Made by a program: the position numbers and the translations under genes
Shown: piece after piece, positions 38,541-50,021 of the stretch
How the letters are laid out: each line of letters starts with the position of its first letter
Position numbering within the stretch: the stretch's first letter is position 1
Notes under the pieces: model-generated
What the model saw: only the letters and a program-made list of their open reading frames with translations
The model's database searches: none
Told to the model about the DNA's origin: nothing
Assembly: GCA_051453625.1 (NCBI GenBank)
Contig: JBOZIK010000001.1
Location: 9,749,212-9,799,232 of the forward strand
Length of the DNA: 50,021 nt
Reading direction: 5' to 3'
DNA from: Welwitschia mirabilis
Lineage: Eukaryota

Positions 38541-39310
38541 CTAAGGAATATGACACCACAACAAGCTTGAAGATGTAAGCCCCTTGAAGTTTTTGTTATT
38601 GTTATGAGTATGAATGAAGAATGAAGTAATGAAGATCCAAATCCAAGAGATCAAAACAATGCTAGCTCCTTGCTAATGAATCTTTTGATTTCTTCATGAA
38701 AAGTTCCCTTTACTCATTCTTTCTAAGATCTATAAATCCTTTGATTTAATAAAGTGCAAAAATTTATTCTTTATTTCAGAATATTAATGCTTTATAAAGT
38801 TAAGGAAGATCTAGCCATTTGAGCTTGAAAGGTAGTCATTTGATTTTATAACCATTGTGTAAGGTATAGCCAATGTTTATGCTTTGGGCATGTAACTTTG
38901 CTTTTAATCAACATGAACTTTAGTCCAAGACATCTTAAAATTTTGTAGATGTCTTCACTTTTATAGACATATTTAGTAAATGTGCTTAGATTCTAATAAA
39001 TTTTGCATTATAGTATCCTAGACCTTTGTGATCATGATTCCATAATGTAAAAGTTCATAGCTTACTCAAAATGTAAGATATTAGTCAAAAATTAAATTAA
39101 CTCTATTACCTATTTCAGCTTAGTACATTCAAGATGTCTTCACTTTTTCAGATGTCTTCATATAACTGATTTTGCAATTTCGCCTCTGATGCTTTTTGTA
39201 AGATGTTATCTTTGAAGATCCATCATGATCAAGTATATTATCAAGGTTTGATATTCCTGTAATGACTTGTCTACATAATGACACAAAAAATTTGATAGGT
39301 GAAATCATTA
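38037..39310 (-). mobile_element. Sirevirus LTR (solo or 3'), related to the 10192 family
   Basis: Plus agagaaggggtgaatgag is the reverse of the SIRE U5 motif; reverse homology to 10200-11813; agacatct/agatgtct motifs at 38928-39160; no PBS adjacent; runs into the gap. Confidence 0.88.
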
Positions 39311-41199
39311 NNNNNNNNNNNNNNNNNNNNNNNNNNNNNNNNNNNNNNNNNNNNNNNNNNNNNNNNNNNNNNNNNNNNNNNNNNNNNNNNNNNNNNNNNN
39401 NNNNNNNNNNNNNNNNNNNNNNNNNNNNNNNNNNNNNNNNNNNNNNNNNNNNNNNNNNNNNNNNNNNNNNNNNNNNNNNNNNNNNNNNNNNNNNNNNNNN
39501 NNNNNNNNNNNNNNNNNNNNNNNNNNNNNNNNNNNNNNNNNNNNNNNNNNNNNNNNNNNNNNNNNNNNNNNNNNNNNNNNNNNNNNNNNNNNNNNNNNNN
39601 NNNNNNNNNNNNNNNNNNNNNNNNNNNNNNNNNNNNNNNNNNNNNNNNNNNNNNNNNNNNNNNNNNNNNNNNNNNNNNNNNNNNNNNNNNNNNNNNNNNN
39701 NNNNNNNNNNNNNNNNNNNNNNNNNNNNNNNNNNNNNNNNNNNNNNNNNNNNNNNNNNNNNNNNNNNNNNNNNNNNNNNNNNNNNNNNNNNNNNNNNNNN
39801 NNNNNNNNNNNNNNNNNNNNNNNNNNNNNNNNNNNNNNNNNNNNNNNNNNNNNNNNNNNNNNNNNNNNNNNNNNNNNNNNNNNNNNNNNNNNNNNNNNNN
39901 NNNNNNNNNNNNNNNNNNNNNNNNNNCTAACTTATTTACTAGTAAAATAGACCATCAAATATTAATTATGAATATATTCCATGTAGTAGATCTAAGCCAA
40001 AATAAATCATGACTTTGGTGGTATAAAAAATATCCACTTATGGCTTAACTATACTCATGAAAATATGAATATCTATGTTTGTATATACCATTTATTCATC
40101 CCTAATGCCATGTTATAATTACATAGATTCTAATCTTCTAGAACTAATAGACTTAAGACACTTCCATATTGGTTATTTAATTGTTATAAGTAGTGCCTAG
40201 TAGGGACATATATCATTTCCATAATTTATCATGATATTATGAAGACCTTCAATCTATATAATATGTATATTTTCCACTACACATAAAGTATTTCATTCCT
40301 ATGATAGTAATGTGTATCATGGAGGTCTTCGTCATATAGAATATTTATCTTTTTAATATGATATGTTTTAATATTTTGTCTTTTTCTTTTTTTTTTTTGA
40401 GCTAAGTCATATGTAACATAAATGGATTTATCTTATACAATATTTACCTTTCTTATAAGAATAGAGTTCTTTGATATATAGTGTGTATGTTCTTCATAAA
40501 AGTGGAATTCTTTAATAATATGTGTTCTCCTCACATGATGGTGATTTTTTTAACTTTTTTTTTTTTTTTTCCAATTTCTCTTCTCTCTTCCTCTTTTTCC
40601 TCCACTCCAAACTATTACTCTTGCTTTCTTTTTCTCTCTTTCTATTTATCTCCCCTCTTCCTTAAAAGTATGACATCCTTTATATGGAGGTTTTTGTATA
40701 TACATATGTTTGTTCCACATGGCATAAATAATCTAGAAGTTTAAATATGTAATTTTCATCCTTCTCATGGAAATGAATAGATATCATGAAGAGCTATGGT
40801 AGTCTTTAGATATACCTTTGAAGTATAAAATCTCATATTAAAGAGATTCTTTTGAATCTGTCTAAGAACATAATCACTTCAAAAGTGATATAAAATATTA
40901 AGCATGCTGTGAAATACAAAAAATGAAACATTTACTTAATAATTCATTTATTAAATTAGTCCATAATCAAATAAATAGTAAAAGCTACCTAAAAGATTAA
41001 ACTTTTACACAACAAACTAAGTGACCCACATACTTACCATTACTTTATATTTTAGATAAGAATAAATTCTATAATTGAACATTGTCAATATTTTATCTTT
41101 AAGTGAAACCAAATTTAAATTATTTATTTATATATTTTTTATTACTTATAGTTTTAGGTCAATGAAAAAGGGACAAATTCATTCCTGAAAGAGTAGATT

Positions 41200-43830
41200 C
41201 ATGAAACATTTTAAGTATTTAATCATTAAGTTTAAAAGAATGATTATACTTCAATCTTAAGATCTTGATGAAACCATGAAGAAACACTTTTAGCACTTGA
41301 AAAAATATAATCCACTTAGATACAAATTTGTTAAAAGCATTGTGATGCTTTAAATCATATAGTAGAACTAAGTTATTAGTTTTTGTGGTGCACATGGTTA
41401 AAGTTTAGATATATCATATCAAGGATCTCTCTAAAGGGTAATTACTAGTTCCCTATGATTTAATTTTTATTAGTCTCAATTAAGTCTACATCTTCTAATT
41501 CATCCATGGGATTCTCCCTTAGTGCATTGAATAGTTTTAAATTTATATCCATATTTCAAATGACATACTTATGACTTCATTTTTATAGTTTATTAGAGCA
41601 TTGGAGGTGGTTAAAAGTGGTCTTCCTAAGATAGGGGAAAATCCTTTGGATTATCTTCTATCTCTAAAACTACAAAGTTTACTAGGTAGTAAGATTTATC
41701 TACTTGTACCAAGATATCTTCTATTATTACTATGATTATATTGGTTGATTGATTAGTAAAATATAAGATCATTTTGGTTTTCTTTAGTCCTTTCAATTTT
41801 AGTGCTTTACATAATGAAGAAATAATTAAGTTCATGCTAGGCTCTAACTCTAGCAAGACTGTATCTAACTTATAGTTTTTTATATGACATGAAATTGTTA
41901 ACAAAATAGGGCTTCTAAGCTTTGATGGAAGTTTTTTTTAAACTATAGAACTTGTTTGTTAATCTAAGAAATATTTCCTCTTAACTTTCATTATGAACAT
42001 TTATTTAAGAAACATAGCATTAGATGGAACTTACTTGATGACATCTAAAAGTGGAATGATTATTTTTTCTTTAAAAATATTTAGGTATTATTTCTTGAGT
42101 TATTTTTTTTCTAATGATACAAGACACTTGAGAAATGTAGTCTTTTATAATTCTATACTTTATCTTTCTTAATTTTTATCGTGTCCTTAAGTAATGGGTC
42201 ATATGTATAAGGGTCTTATCTAGATGGTTAGATGTGTTCATTTCTCTAGATATCATTTTCAAATGAGATAGCATTAACTCTCTTTACTACTGCTAGTTTA
42301 TTAGTAGAATTTACANNNNNNNNNNNNNNNNNNNNNNNNNNNNNNNNNNNNNNNNNNNNNNNNNNNNNNNNNNNNNNNNNNNNNNNNNNNNNNNNNNNNN
42401 NNNNNNNNNNNNNNNTACTAATTCTAGTTTATTAGTAGAATTTACACCCTTTGGTTTAGGAATAAGTTTGGTTATAAGCTTATCCTTTTCTCTCTAATTA
42501 ATTTTAGTTAATATGTTGGTTGTAGTTTAAGAAAGTTAGTTCATTCCTTGTTATAGATATTAAATAGTTTCAGTATTTTAGTTATTAATTTTATCTTTAT
42601 TATTATAGTTGTCTAATTGATAATCCATGGATTGTTTTAAATTGCATTTTAATGGTCTATTATAAGATTGCATGGATGATTATGAAGTACATGCTTCATT
42701 TTATGGAGCTTTTCATGAAAACATAAGGTGATTTCTCTAATTCGGGATGTACAAATATCTAAAAGAGAATGATAGTTTCTATTATTATTATTGTTATTTT
42801 TTCATTATATTGAAAAGGACCTTTTAGCTTGTATAATATTAATCTATTTTGTTACTAACTCTTTATAAAGTGGAATAAAGTAATAATTACTAGTTTCATG
42901 TTCATCATAAGCACATGTAGCACATGTATCTCCATCACTAGCTACTTTGGCTTTAGATGCCTCATGATTATATAACCTTTTAGTGATGTGGTCTAGTTTC
43001 TTGAGTAAGATTGTTTTCTCATCCAATTTATACATCACTCATCTTATGGCTTGAGAGTCTTATTTAGCTACTTTAGTATTTCTAGTAGGTTTATCCTAAT
43101 TTTGAGAGCTCTTAACTCTGTCTTCCAAAGTTTCTCATGCTTCATCTAACTCCTTAGATCTGAAATTTTTGCCACTTATCATGTCTATGATATTCTGTTA
43201 TTGTGAAATTACTTCTTTACATAAGAATCTAAATTATATCTAAGCCTTAAAATCATAATATGAATATCTCATTAATAGATATTTAAAGCACTTGAAGGTA
43301 TTGTAAAAAGAATCTTTGTCTTGTTTATATAATTCTACACTTTTTATTCAAAGTTCATTGGTTTATGTGTGGGGAAGTATTTTTTTTTTCAGAACTCATA
43401 TGTGGAAGTCTTGTAACTAATAATTTTCTTTTTCTTTTAAATATAAGGGAAAAAGTTTCATTCAAAGTACTTCATCTAGATCTCCTACGGTTGAAGCTAA
43501 GATTTAAATTATCTTAAGTGTTTATAAGAATCTTTAGAATTTAGGTCATAAAATTTGGATAATAATTTGATGATAAATGCTTTTATTTCAATTATTTTGG
43601 TTTATGGGAATAAAACCATTTAAGGAAATGTTTCATTTTTATTCTCTCATAAGAACTACATAGGTACTTTAAAGATTCCAAGAACTTATAAAATATTTCA
43701 AAGGTAAGTTTGAGTGAGAATAGGTTTTGAAAAATAATTAAAAAAAAGATTCACTTTGTTAGATATCTGTTTGTGAAAATTAAGAATAACATCTCATAAG
43801 GGGATCTATCATGCAAACCTTCATTTATTA
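41200..43830 (-). pseudogene. Athila gag-protease joined to the integrase C-terminal tail
   Basis: gag CATCAYDEHETSNY; protease VLLELEPSMNLI..IEDILVQVDKSYYLVNFVVLE; then within ~200 bp LVLLYDLK..KFVSKW..VLKVFLHG..SFKLND*ILKMF. Confidence 0.85.
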
Positions 43831-44211
43831 AATATATATTATACATTTAATAAAAGTACAAGTAATGAAGATGTTACTTATTATAATGAAATGTAGAAAG
43901 ATATTAGGATAACATGAAGATGTCAAACACTAACATATAAATCATCTAAATCCTACAAAACATTAAAGGAATAAGTATAAGAAAGAAATATGAAATAATG
44001 TTTAGAAAACACTATTGCATAGCTAGCAATCCTACTTAAGTCAAAGATGTAAAAGTAAAGTAAATCTAATCATAGACCAAAGTGCATTTCCCAATGATGC
44101 AATCACTATAAAGAATATAATATCATAGATCAAAGTGAAGAAAACATGATAGATGTCACATGAGTCAATCATTCATACCCAAGAAGAAAAAAAGGATACT
44201 AATAACTTTAT

Positions 44212-45681
44212 TATTAATACATAAAAATTGACATTATGATTAAGTTAAATAATCAATTTTATCTTAATAAAAGACATTGATATAATTGATTTTACCATAA
44301 AAACATTTCTTGTACTAGTTTTCATATTAAATTTACACTTGACTATTTTCGCATTAAATTTTTAGGTTACTTAAGATCAATTGAAGGACATGTCATAGAT
44401 CTATGATCATTAGAGTTAAAATGCCAGCACTGCTAGCTAGGACTATGAGTGTTGCTGGCCTGTGTGCTTAAAATACCTTTAAACTCATGTCCTTAACATG
44501 TCATAAGAGGATAGACAAAATGTAGTTGTGGGCATAATCAAATTCCACATCACAAATTAATTGCATTCCTATTGATACATGGCATTGATGACAAGGATTC
44601 ATAGAGTGACATTTGGCAGGGCTGATTAGGATGATAGTGGAGACACATGATGTAGTCAGTGATGGGCAGTAGCTATAGAACTCTAGAGCTAAGTGGTGGC
44701 ATCGTCATAAGAATCTTCACCAAGTGGAAGAAAAGACAAACCATTCTACCAAATGCTAAATGATGAAGATTCTACCTAATACTATGGGACAAATTCTTAT
44801 CTACCTAATATTACAAGACAACCTCTATCAAATGCTACAAGACAAAATCTATCTTACCAAATGCTAAATGATGAAGATTCTACCTAACGCTATNNNNNNN
44901 NNNACTTGTAATAACCCCTCACCCCATCTCTCCCTATGACAGGGCCTTGAACCCTTTGTTGTATTCATCTTTTCCATAGCAAAATTGTAGCAATTTAAAG
45001 TATCGACTTGTAATGGATTTCTAGGTGACTCTTTAGGGGGAGTGAGCTAGCCTTCAAGGATTTCTTGAGAAGCTCTTATGCTTTCTTCTTTCTTTACTAT
45101 AAAGTTGTTCTTATTTTGTAATACAAAAGTTGTTTTTCTTTGATCTTGATTCATGAGTAATATCATACTTGGGATGCTTAGATAGTTTCTTTAGCAATTA
45201 AGTTAATTTTAGTTGTATGATTCCACTTTTATCACTTAGTTTTTTAATTTCATAGATCTCGAGTACTTTAGAAGTACTTACTTTTTATAGTTATTTTAAG
45301 GCTAAAGTGTTAGTTGTATTCACCATTTATCATATGGTAGATGATATTATGCCTCGTGATTTGAGCCAAATGCACTTGATAGTTTGAAGTATGTTGCAAG
45401 AAAAGGAAATTGGATAATGTTGGATTGAAGGAATGCCTAACAACAAATCAACAGTATGTTGGAGCTAGTTTACTTCCCTCCTCTTTAAGATGAATTTAAC
45501 TTATCTCTAAGATTTACTTCATATTTTCTTTTTCTTCCTTTCTTTTTATACATTATTTTAAAGTTAAAGTAGTGTAAATCTCAATCAATACCTAATGTTA
45601 CCCCTAAGAAAGAACAATAGCTAAGTAAATCTTAGTGTAAGTTCAAGACATTATACTATAATTAACACTTATGATGAAACA
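44212..45681 (+). mobile_element. Solo LTR related to the element A LTRs, inserted in the LTR of element C
   Basis: taaaaattgacatt start, ctacctaatgcta-type repeats and gggagtgagctagc match the reverse complement of 7900-9310. Right end tentative (gatgaaaca); no clean TSD. Confidence 0.72.
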
Positions 45682-47419
45682 TATAAATGATAAAGCTAAG
45701 AGATGTGGAACTTTTATGCCCAAAATTTAAGCATATTTTTAAGGAAAAATATGAGATAGTTGTACTATCATGAGTTAATCTAAAGAGGTGAAATACGGTT
45801 AGGATGGAATTGTTTGTTGAACGAAAACTAGTGATTTCATATATAGTTTATGCCTCTTATTGCATTAGTTATCAATCAGGGCGTTGATTGCACTAATGAT
45901 CAATATGAATTATTTTTCTTAAAAAAATCTACAATTTCTTAAGATTAAGTACATCAAACAAAACCTACTATAGAATGTAAAATAATGTAGTCATTAAAGA
46001 AAACTATGTAGGAAATAATTCAAGATATTACTATCATAGTAAAATATGGGTACTATCCTACTCCCTATTGTTATAAACAAAGAATATAGAAGTAGAAAGG
46101 AACTAAAGGGATAATAAAACACATATGAAAAACTATTAAAGAGATTTCTACTCTTACTTCCTCCTATGAGATTTGTATAGAGCCATAACAAAATGCTTCA
46201 TTAGTAATCATTAATTATTTTTTGAATAGAGATATAAGGAAGAAAGAAAATACAGGAATAAACATGCATGTATTAAATAGCTTAAATAAACCAAAGGATA
46301 AAACATTTCAAGATCTTAATCTAACTCATACAATCCTATTACTATCATAGATGCTGCAAAAATGCCCCCTTGGATTTTATATAAAAAAAATAAATAGTGA
46401 TTAGGGATGTAGTAAAGTCTTATCTTGTTTTGGAAATGTAGTTAATCTATTAAGGAATGCTAAGAAGGAATTATAAGATACTACAAAAAACCAAGATGTA
46501 GTTTAGAGGCAATTTAGATGTAGGAATTTCTAGTATCAAAGAGTCTAATTATCCTTTAAAGGTAACACACTCTAACTTGATTCCTATTTTCATGTAACAC
46601 AGATATAACAGTTGTAACGAATTCAATTTTCTCAAGTGATAGACATGTGCCAGCAATGTAAGAAACTCATAGATTATTAATAGCTACAACATTAGTTTAA
46701 CTTCTAAGTTATACTTAGGTTTTACCTACTGCATTACTATGGCATACTTGGCCTATTTAGACCATCAATTAAAACATATAAATATGCAATTCATACACAT
46801 TTGTAAATATAACTTAAGATATAAAAATAAATACCACATAATGATTCACATAGATTTAATCCTTCACGTAGCCCCCCATAGACGATTCTAATAAGCCCTA
46901 TCAAAAGCATAAGAATCATAAAATTTTCCACAATTCTCTCATAAATATGCTTTCCATTACGTATTCTTTAAACTTAATTCAAACTTCAACTAAAAATATG
47001 AAGACAAAGTTATAGCTAAGCATGATATATAACTGTATCCATCTATAAAAATTAGTATCATTTTAGATAAGTAAAACCGAAAGAGAAGTAGTCTACTGTG
47101 AGTAATAGGTTTGTTGTAAATCTACTAAGTTTAATAAATAAAGTTGGAAGATAATCTAAGTGAAAAAAATTATTTCCCTTAAGTAAGCTAAGTCAATAGA
47201 TTAATTGTGTTCAAATCCACTTCTGTCTTGCTAATGTGTGTATTTTCCTTCTTGGTTTCTTCTTTTGGTTTTGAAGTAGTCTTTGTAATAGTAACAAGTC
47301 CCAACATATCTCTAATTTCCTAAGGCTCATTTTTGACATGAGACTCAAAATATTTACAATTAGCCATTAGGCCCCTCTACTTATAAATAACTTATAATAA
47401 TTGATTAACATTTTGCAAT

Positions 47420-47510
47420 TCTTTGTGCATGTTAACAATTGACACTATGAACTTTCCAAATGCACTCTTTATTAGCTTTAATTCTCTAAGGACACACTTT
47501 CATCTAGTTC
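47420..47510 (-). pseudogene. Possible MULE/MuDR transposase zinc-domain fragment
   Basis: Minus frame VCP*RIKANKECIWKVHSVNC*H resembles the CPWRI.A...W.V....H motif; short and unconfirmed. Confidence 0.3.
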
Positions 47511-48448
47511 TGTATAATGAAAGATATTATATGATAGATACTAAAAAGAACTTTATTTATTAAGCTCTACATTGGACACTCCTACTAGATATAATAGCTT
47601 AGAAACTAAGCAAGGCTAGGATAAATTATTAATTTTATTACCTATCATTGCCTTTGTTATCCATTAGAATATAAAATCAAAAAGATCAATATAAGTTTTA
47701 ATTTCTATGAAGAGGAATAAGTTAAGACAAATCATTATTGTCATAGTGTAAATGGATGTGCCTAAAATTTTCCTAATGAACATCTATATTACAACTTACT
47801 AGGATGATACTAGATGATAGCATTTCAACTATGATATGTCTTTGTATGTGATAGGGACAATAATTTCCCTCTCTTTATGTAGAAATGCCTACTACATTGA
47901 AGACATCTATCCTAAAAAATTCATGAAAAATAAAATGGCTATTGAATGATCAAATATGAGGAGTTTATAAATATTGCACTGTGTTTAAATCATTTCAAAT
48001 GGCTAATTCAATAGGAAAAAGTAGAAGAAGACCTCACAAATATAAAAGGTAAAAAGTATGAAGAGGAAAGGGTTACTCATTTGGGTGATTGATACTACAC
48101 AAGAAGAAATCTATGATCTTAATAGAGAGACTTATTTCTTGAAATTGTTGCTTGATATTTAACACTCCCGCTGCTACATAAATCTGATCTTGGATATTTA
48201 TAACTGCATCAAGGAAAACTCAAGCTTTTATCAAAATGACATCTTTCAATCTTGTTGTTCATTCTTTGTGTTGTTTATTAGCACTTGATTGTAGGACTAT
48301 TAAATTATCGAGTTCATTCATTCTAGTCCATAAGTTTTAATCATTTCCTGTACTAGTATTCCTTGCTTAGAAATTCCAAAGTATAAGGCAACCTTTGTAT
48401 AGATGTACTTCTTTACGCGCTTGAAAGCACAACTTATATTTGGTTCTT

Positions 48449-49502
48449 TACTTCACCAAAAATAAGCTATAATGAAAACTAAAAACTATTATTAAAAAAT
48501 TTTAACAATATTTGAGCCATTGTTATAGGTTCCATCATTAATGTTTTATGATAGTCATAAGCCACCATAAATTCTGCCATGTGACCATCAAAAATGTGAT
48601 AATAATGGTGACCATCATAAAATTTCAAATTAATGACATCTTTTAACAATCACAACATTGTAAACTAATGATGGATTTTAGCCATTATAAAAGTAAACAT
48701 TAATGTAGATAAAAGCCATCATTAATGTGGAAGTAAAACAAGAAAAATAAAATTAGTTTTAAATGCAATACAGTAAAAGAATGCAATATATTTTTGTATT
48801 ATAAATGTAACATATATTATCTATGAATAATTTTTAGTTAATTTTTGTAACATATACTATGTATGATAATATATTATTAAACTCATTTGTCAAATTAAAC
48901 ATGTATGTCAAATTAATTGTTTCTAAATGGACTAATCCATTATTTAAATCTCAAAAATTGTTTTAGTTGTCTCAAACCTTGTATCCGTATAAAGCTAATA
49001 ATAGACATTAGAATTAAAATAACTAAAAGCAATAGGCCATGTATGTAAGATACTAAATTTTTTATCTATATCTATTATTTATGTAACATAAGCTAATTTA
49101 TCATTTATGTAACATAGGCCATGAATGTAAGACATTAAATCTTTGAGTTACATATCTATTATTTATGTAATATAAGTCAATCTGTTATTTATGATACCAA
49201 AATGTAATGAAGTTACAACACTATAACTTAGTGCAAAAAAATCCTAATAACCCATAGTTAATCAACCACCAAGAAATCTCAACACAAAGATTTTAATGAG
49301 ATATATCAAATTGCATTCAATTCTTGAATAAGTTTGAGTGAACATGCATTAAACATGGGCATTGTGATGGTACTAGTATATCTTATACAAATGTGAGTTT
49401 ATTTTCGTCTATAATGCTAATAGAATACATTGTTAGATTTTCTTGGTGACAAGGCAAAACAACTTAAGAGAAGTAAGGGGCCTAGTTCAAAGCATGTTTT
49501 AA
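48449..49502. mobile_element. Degenerate CACTA transposon end with subterminal repeats
   Basis: tacttcaccaaaa resembles CACTACACCAAAA, followed by mixed-orientation gccatcattaa/accatcataaa/taatgatgg (decayed CCGTCGT) to ~48730. The AT-rich stretch beyond is assigned by position only. Confidence 0.55.
49034..49195. repeat. ~81-bp tandem duplication
   Basis: aggccatg(t/a)atgtaaga...tatctattatttatgtaa occurs twice. Confidence 0.85.
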
Positions 49503-50021
49503 TGTCACAACCCGGTTTTAGGCTGGACTTAAGAAGCACAAAAAGCATAGGAATTTTTTTTTATATTTAAACAGAAGTAAATTACAAAACACGATTAAAC
49601 ATTACAGTGGATCAATTATTTTGAGACCAAGATAATCACCTCTCAATTACCCACGGGATACATCTTAGGAGAGCTATATGAGGATAGCTCACCTGACTAA
49701 CACCACATCCAATCACATGGATATTTAGAAACCTCATTTAGGAACACACTAGTGGAGTGTGTAAGTTGTGGTCGAATGGTTGGTTGCATTCACAGCCAAG
49801 CAACCATGCCTATGTATCCTCATCCAGGGGAGTTCAGACCACATGTAGTTCTATCTTGTACCTCATTTCCATCTCCATCGATACACATAAGTGTATGATA
49901 GATCAAGTTAGTCTGTGTCAGTGGCATATGAGCAGAATTAGGCATAAACCAATGGAAACACAATATCCAACTCAACTAGAAAAAGAGTATCATGACATAT
50001 TAAAATGACATGTCACCAAAA
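49503..50021 (-). mobile_element. Gypsy chromovirus (Tekay/Del-like) LTR end, continues out of the window
   Basis: TGTCACAACCC terminus typical of this lineage, with an abrupt rise in GC and CG. Orientation inferred from composition only. Confidence 0.55.

Larger units (their letters stand above)
40500..47060 (-). mobile_element. Athila-type element C, pol-deleted, with an interrupted 5' LTR
   Basis: gag-pro plus integrase tail; split PBS at ~44088-44146; LTR edge tgat at 44147; candidate far end ...agtatca at 47060. 3' limit uncertain. Confidence 0.65.

Noticed and set aside
42288..42446. Direct repeat ctagtttattagtagaatttaca on both sides of a 100-N gap
   Set aside because: Most likely overlapping contig ends that were not merged.

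Overview
AT-rich land-plant intergenic/heterochromatic DNA from a gapped scaffold (7 N-runs). I see no intact host gene, RNA gene or CRISPR array. Almost the whole window is old, heavily deaminated transposable elements, and every coding region is a pseudogene. The best-resolved structure is a two-LTR, non-autonomous Athila-like Gypsy element (7900-24171, minus strand, perfect ATCAT target-site duplication) carrying a nested full-length Sirevirus (Copia SIRE, 10192-19590, plus strand). Also present: a Copia RT-RNaseH remnant, a gag-only Sirevirus, an Athila with a complete but broken gag-pol, a second Copia gag-pro-int remnant, a Sirevirus LTR with a 615-bp tandem duplication, a second deleted Athila, several solo or partial LTRs, a degenerate CACTA end, a possible MULE fragment and a Tekay/Del-type LTR end. 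I found no convincing new biological system. The most interesting signals are decayed ACGT-core palindrome arrays, two pol-deleted Athila elements that both keep the integrase tail, and C>T/G>A decay outside CG context. All family assignments rest on by-eye translation and recalled consensus motifs, not database searches. Boundaries without a stated terminus are approximate.
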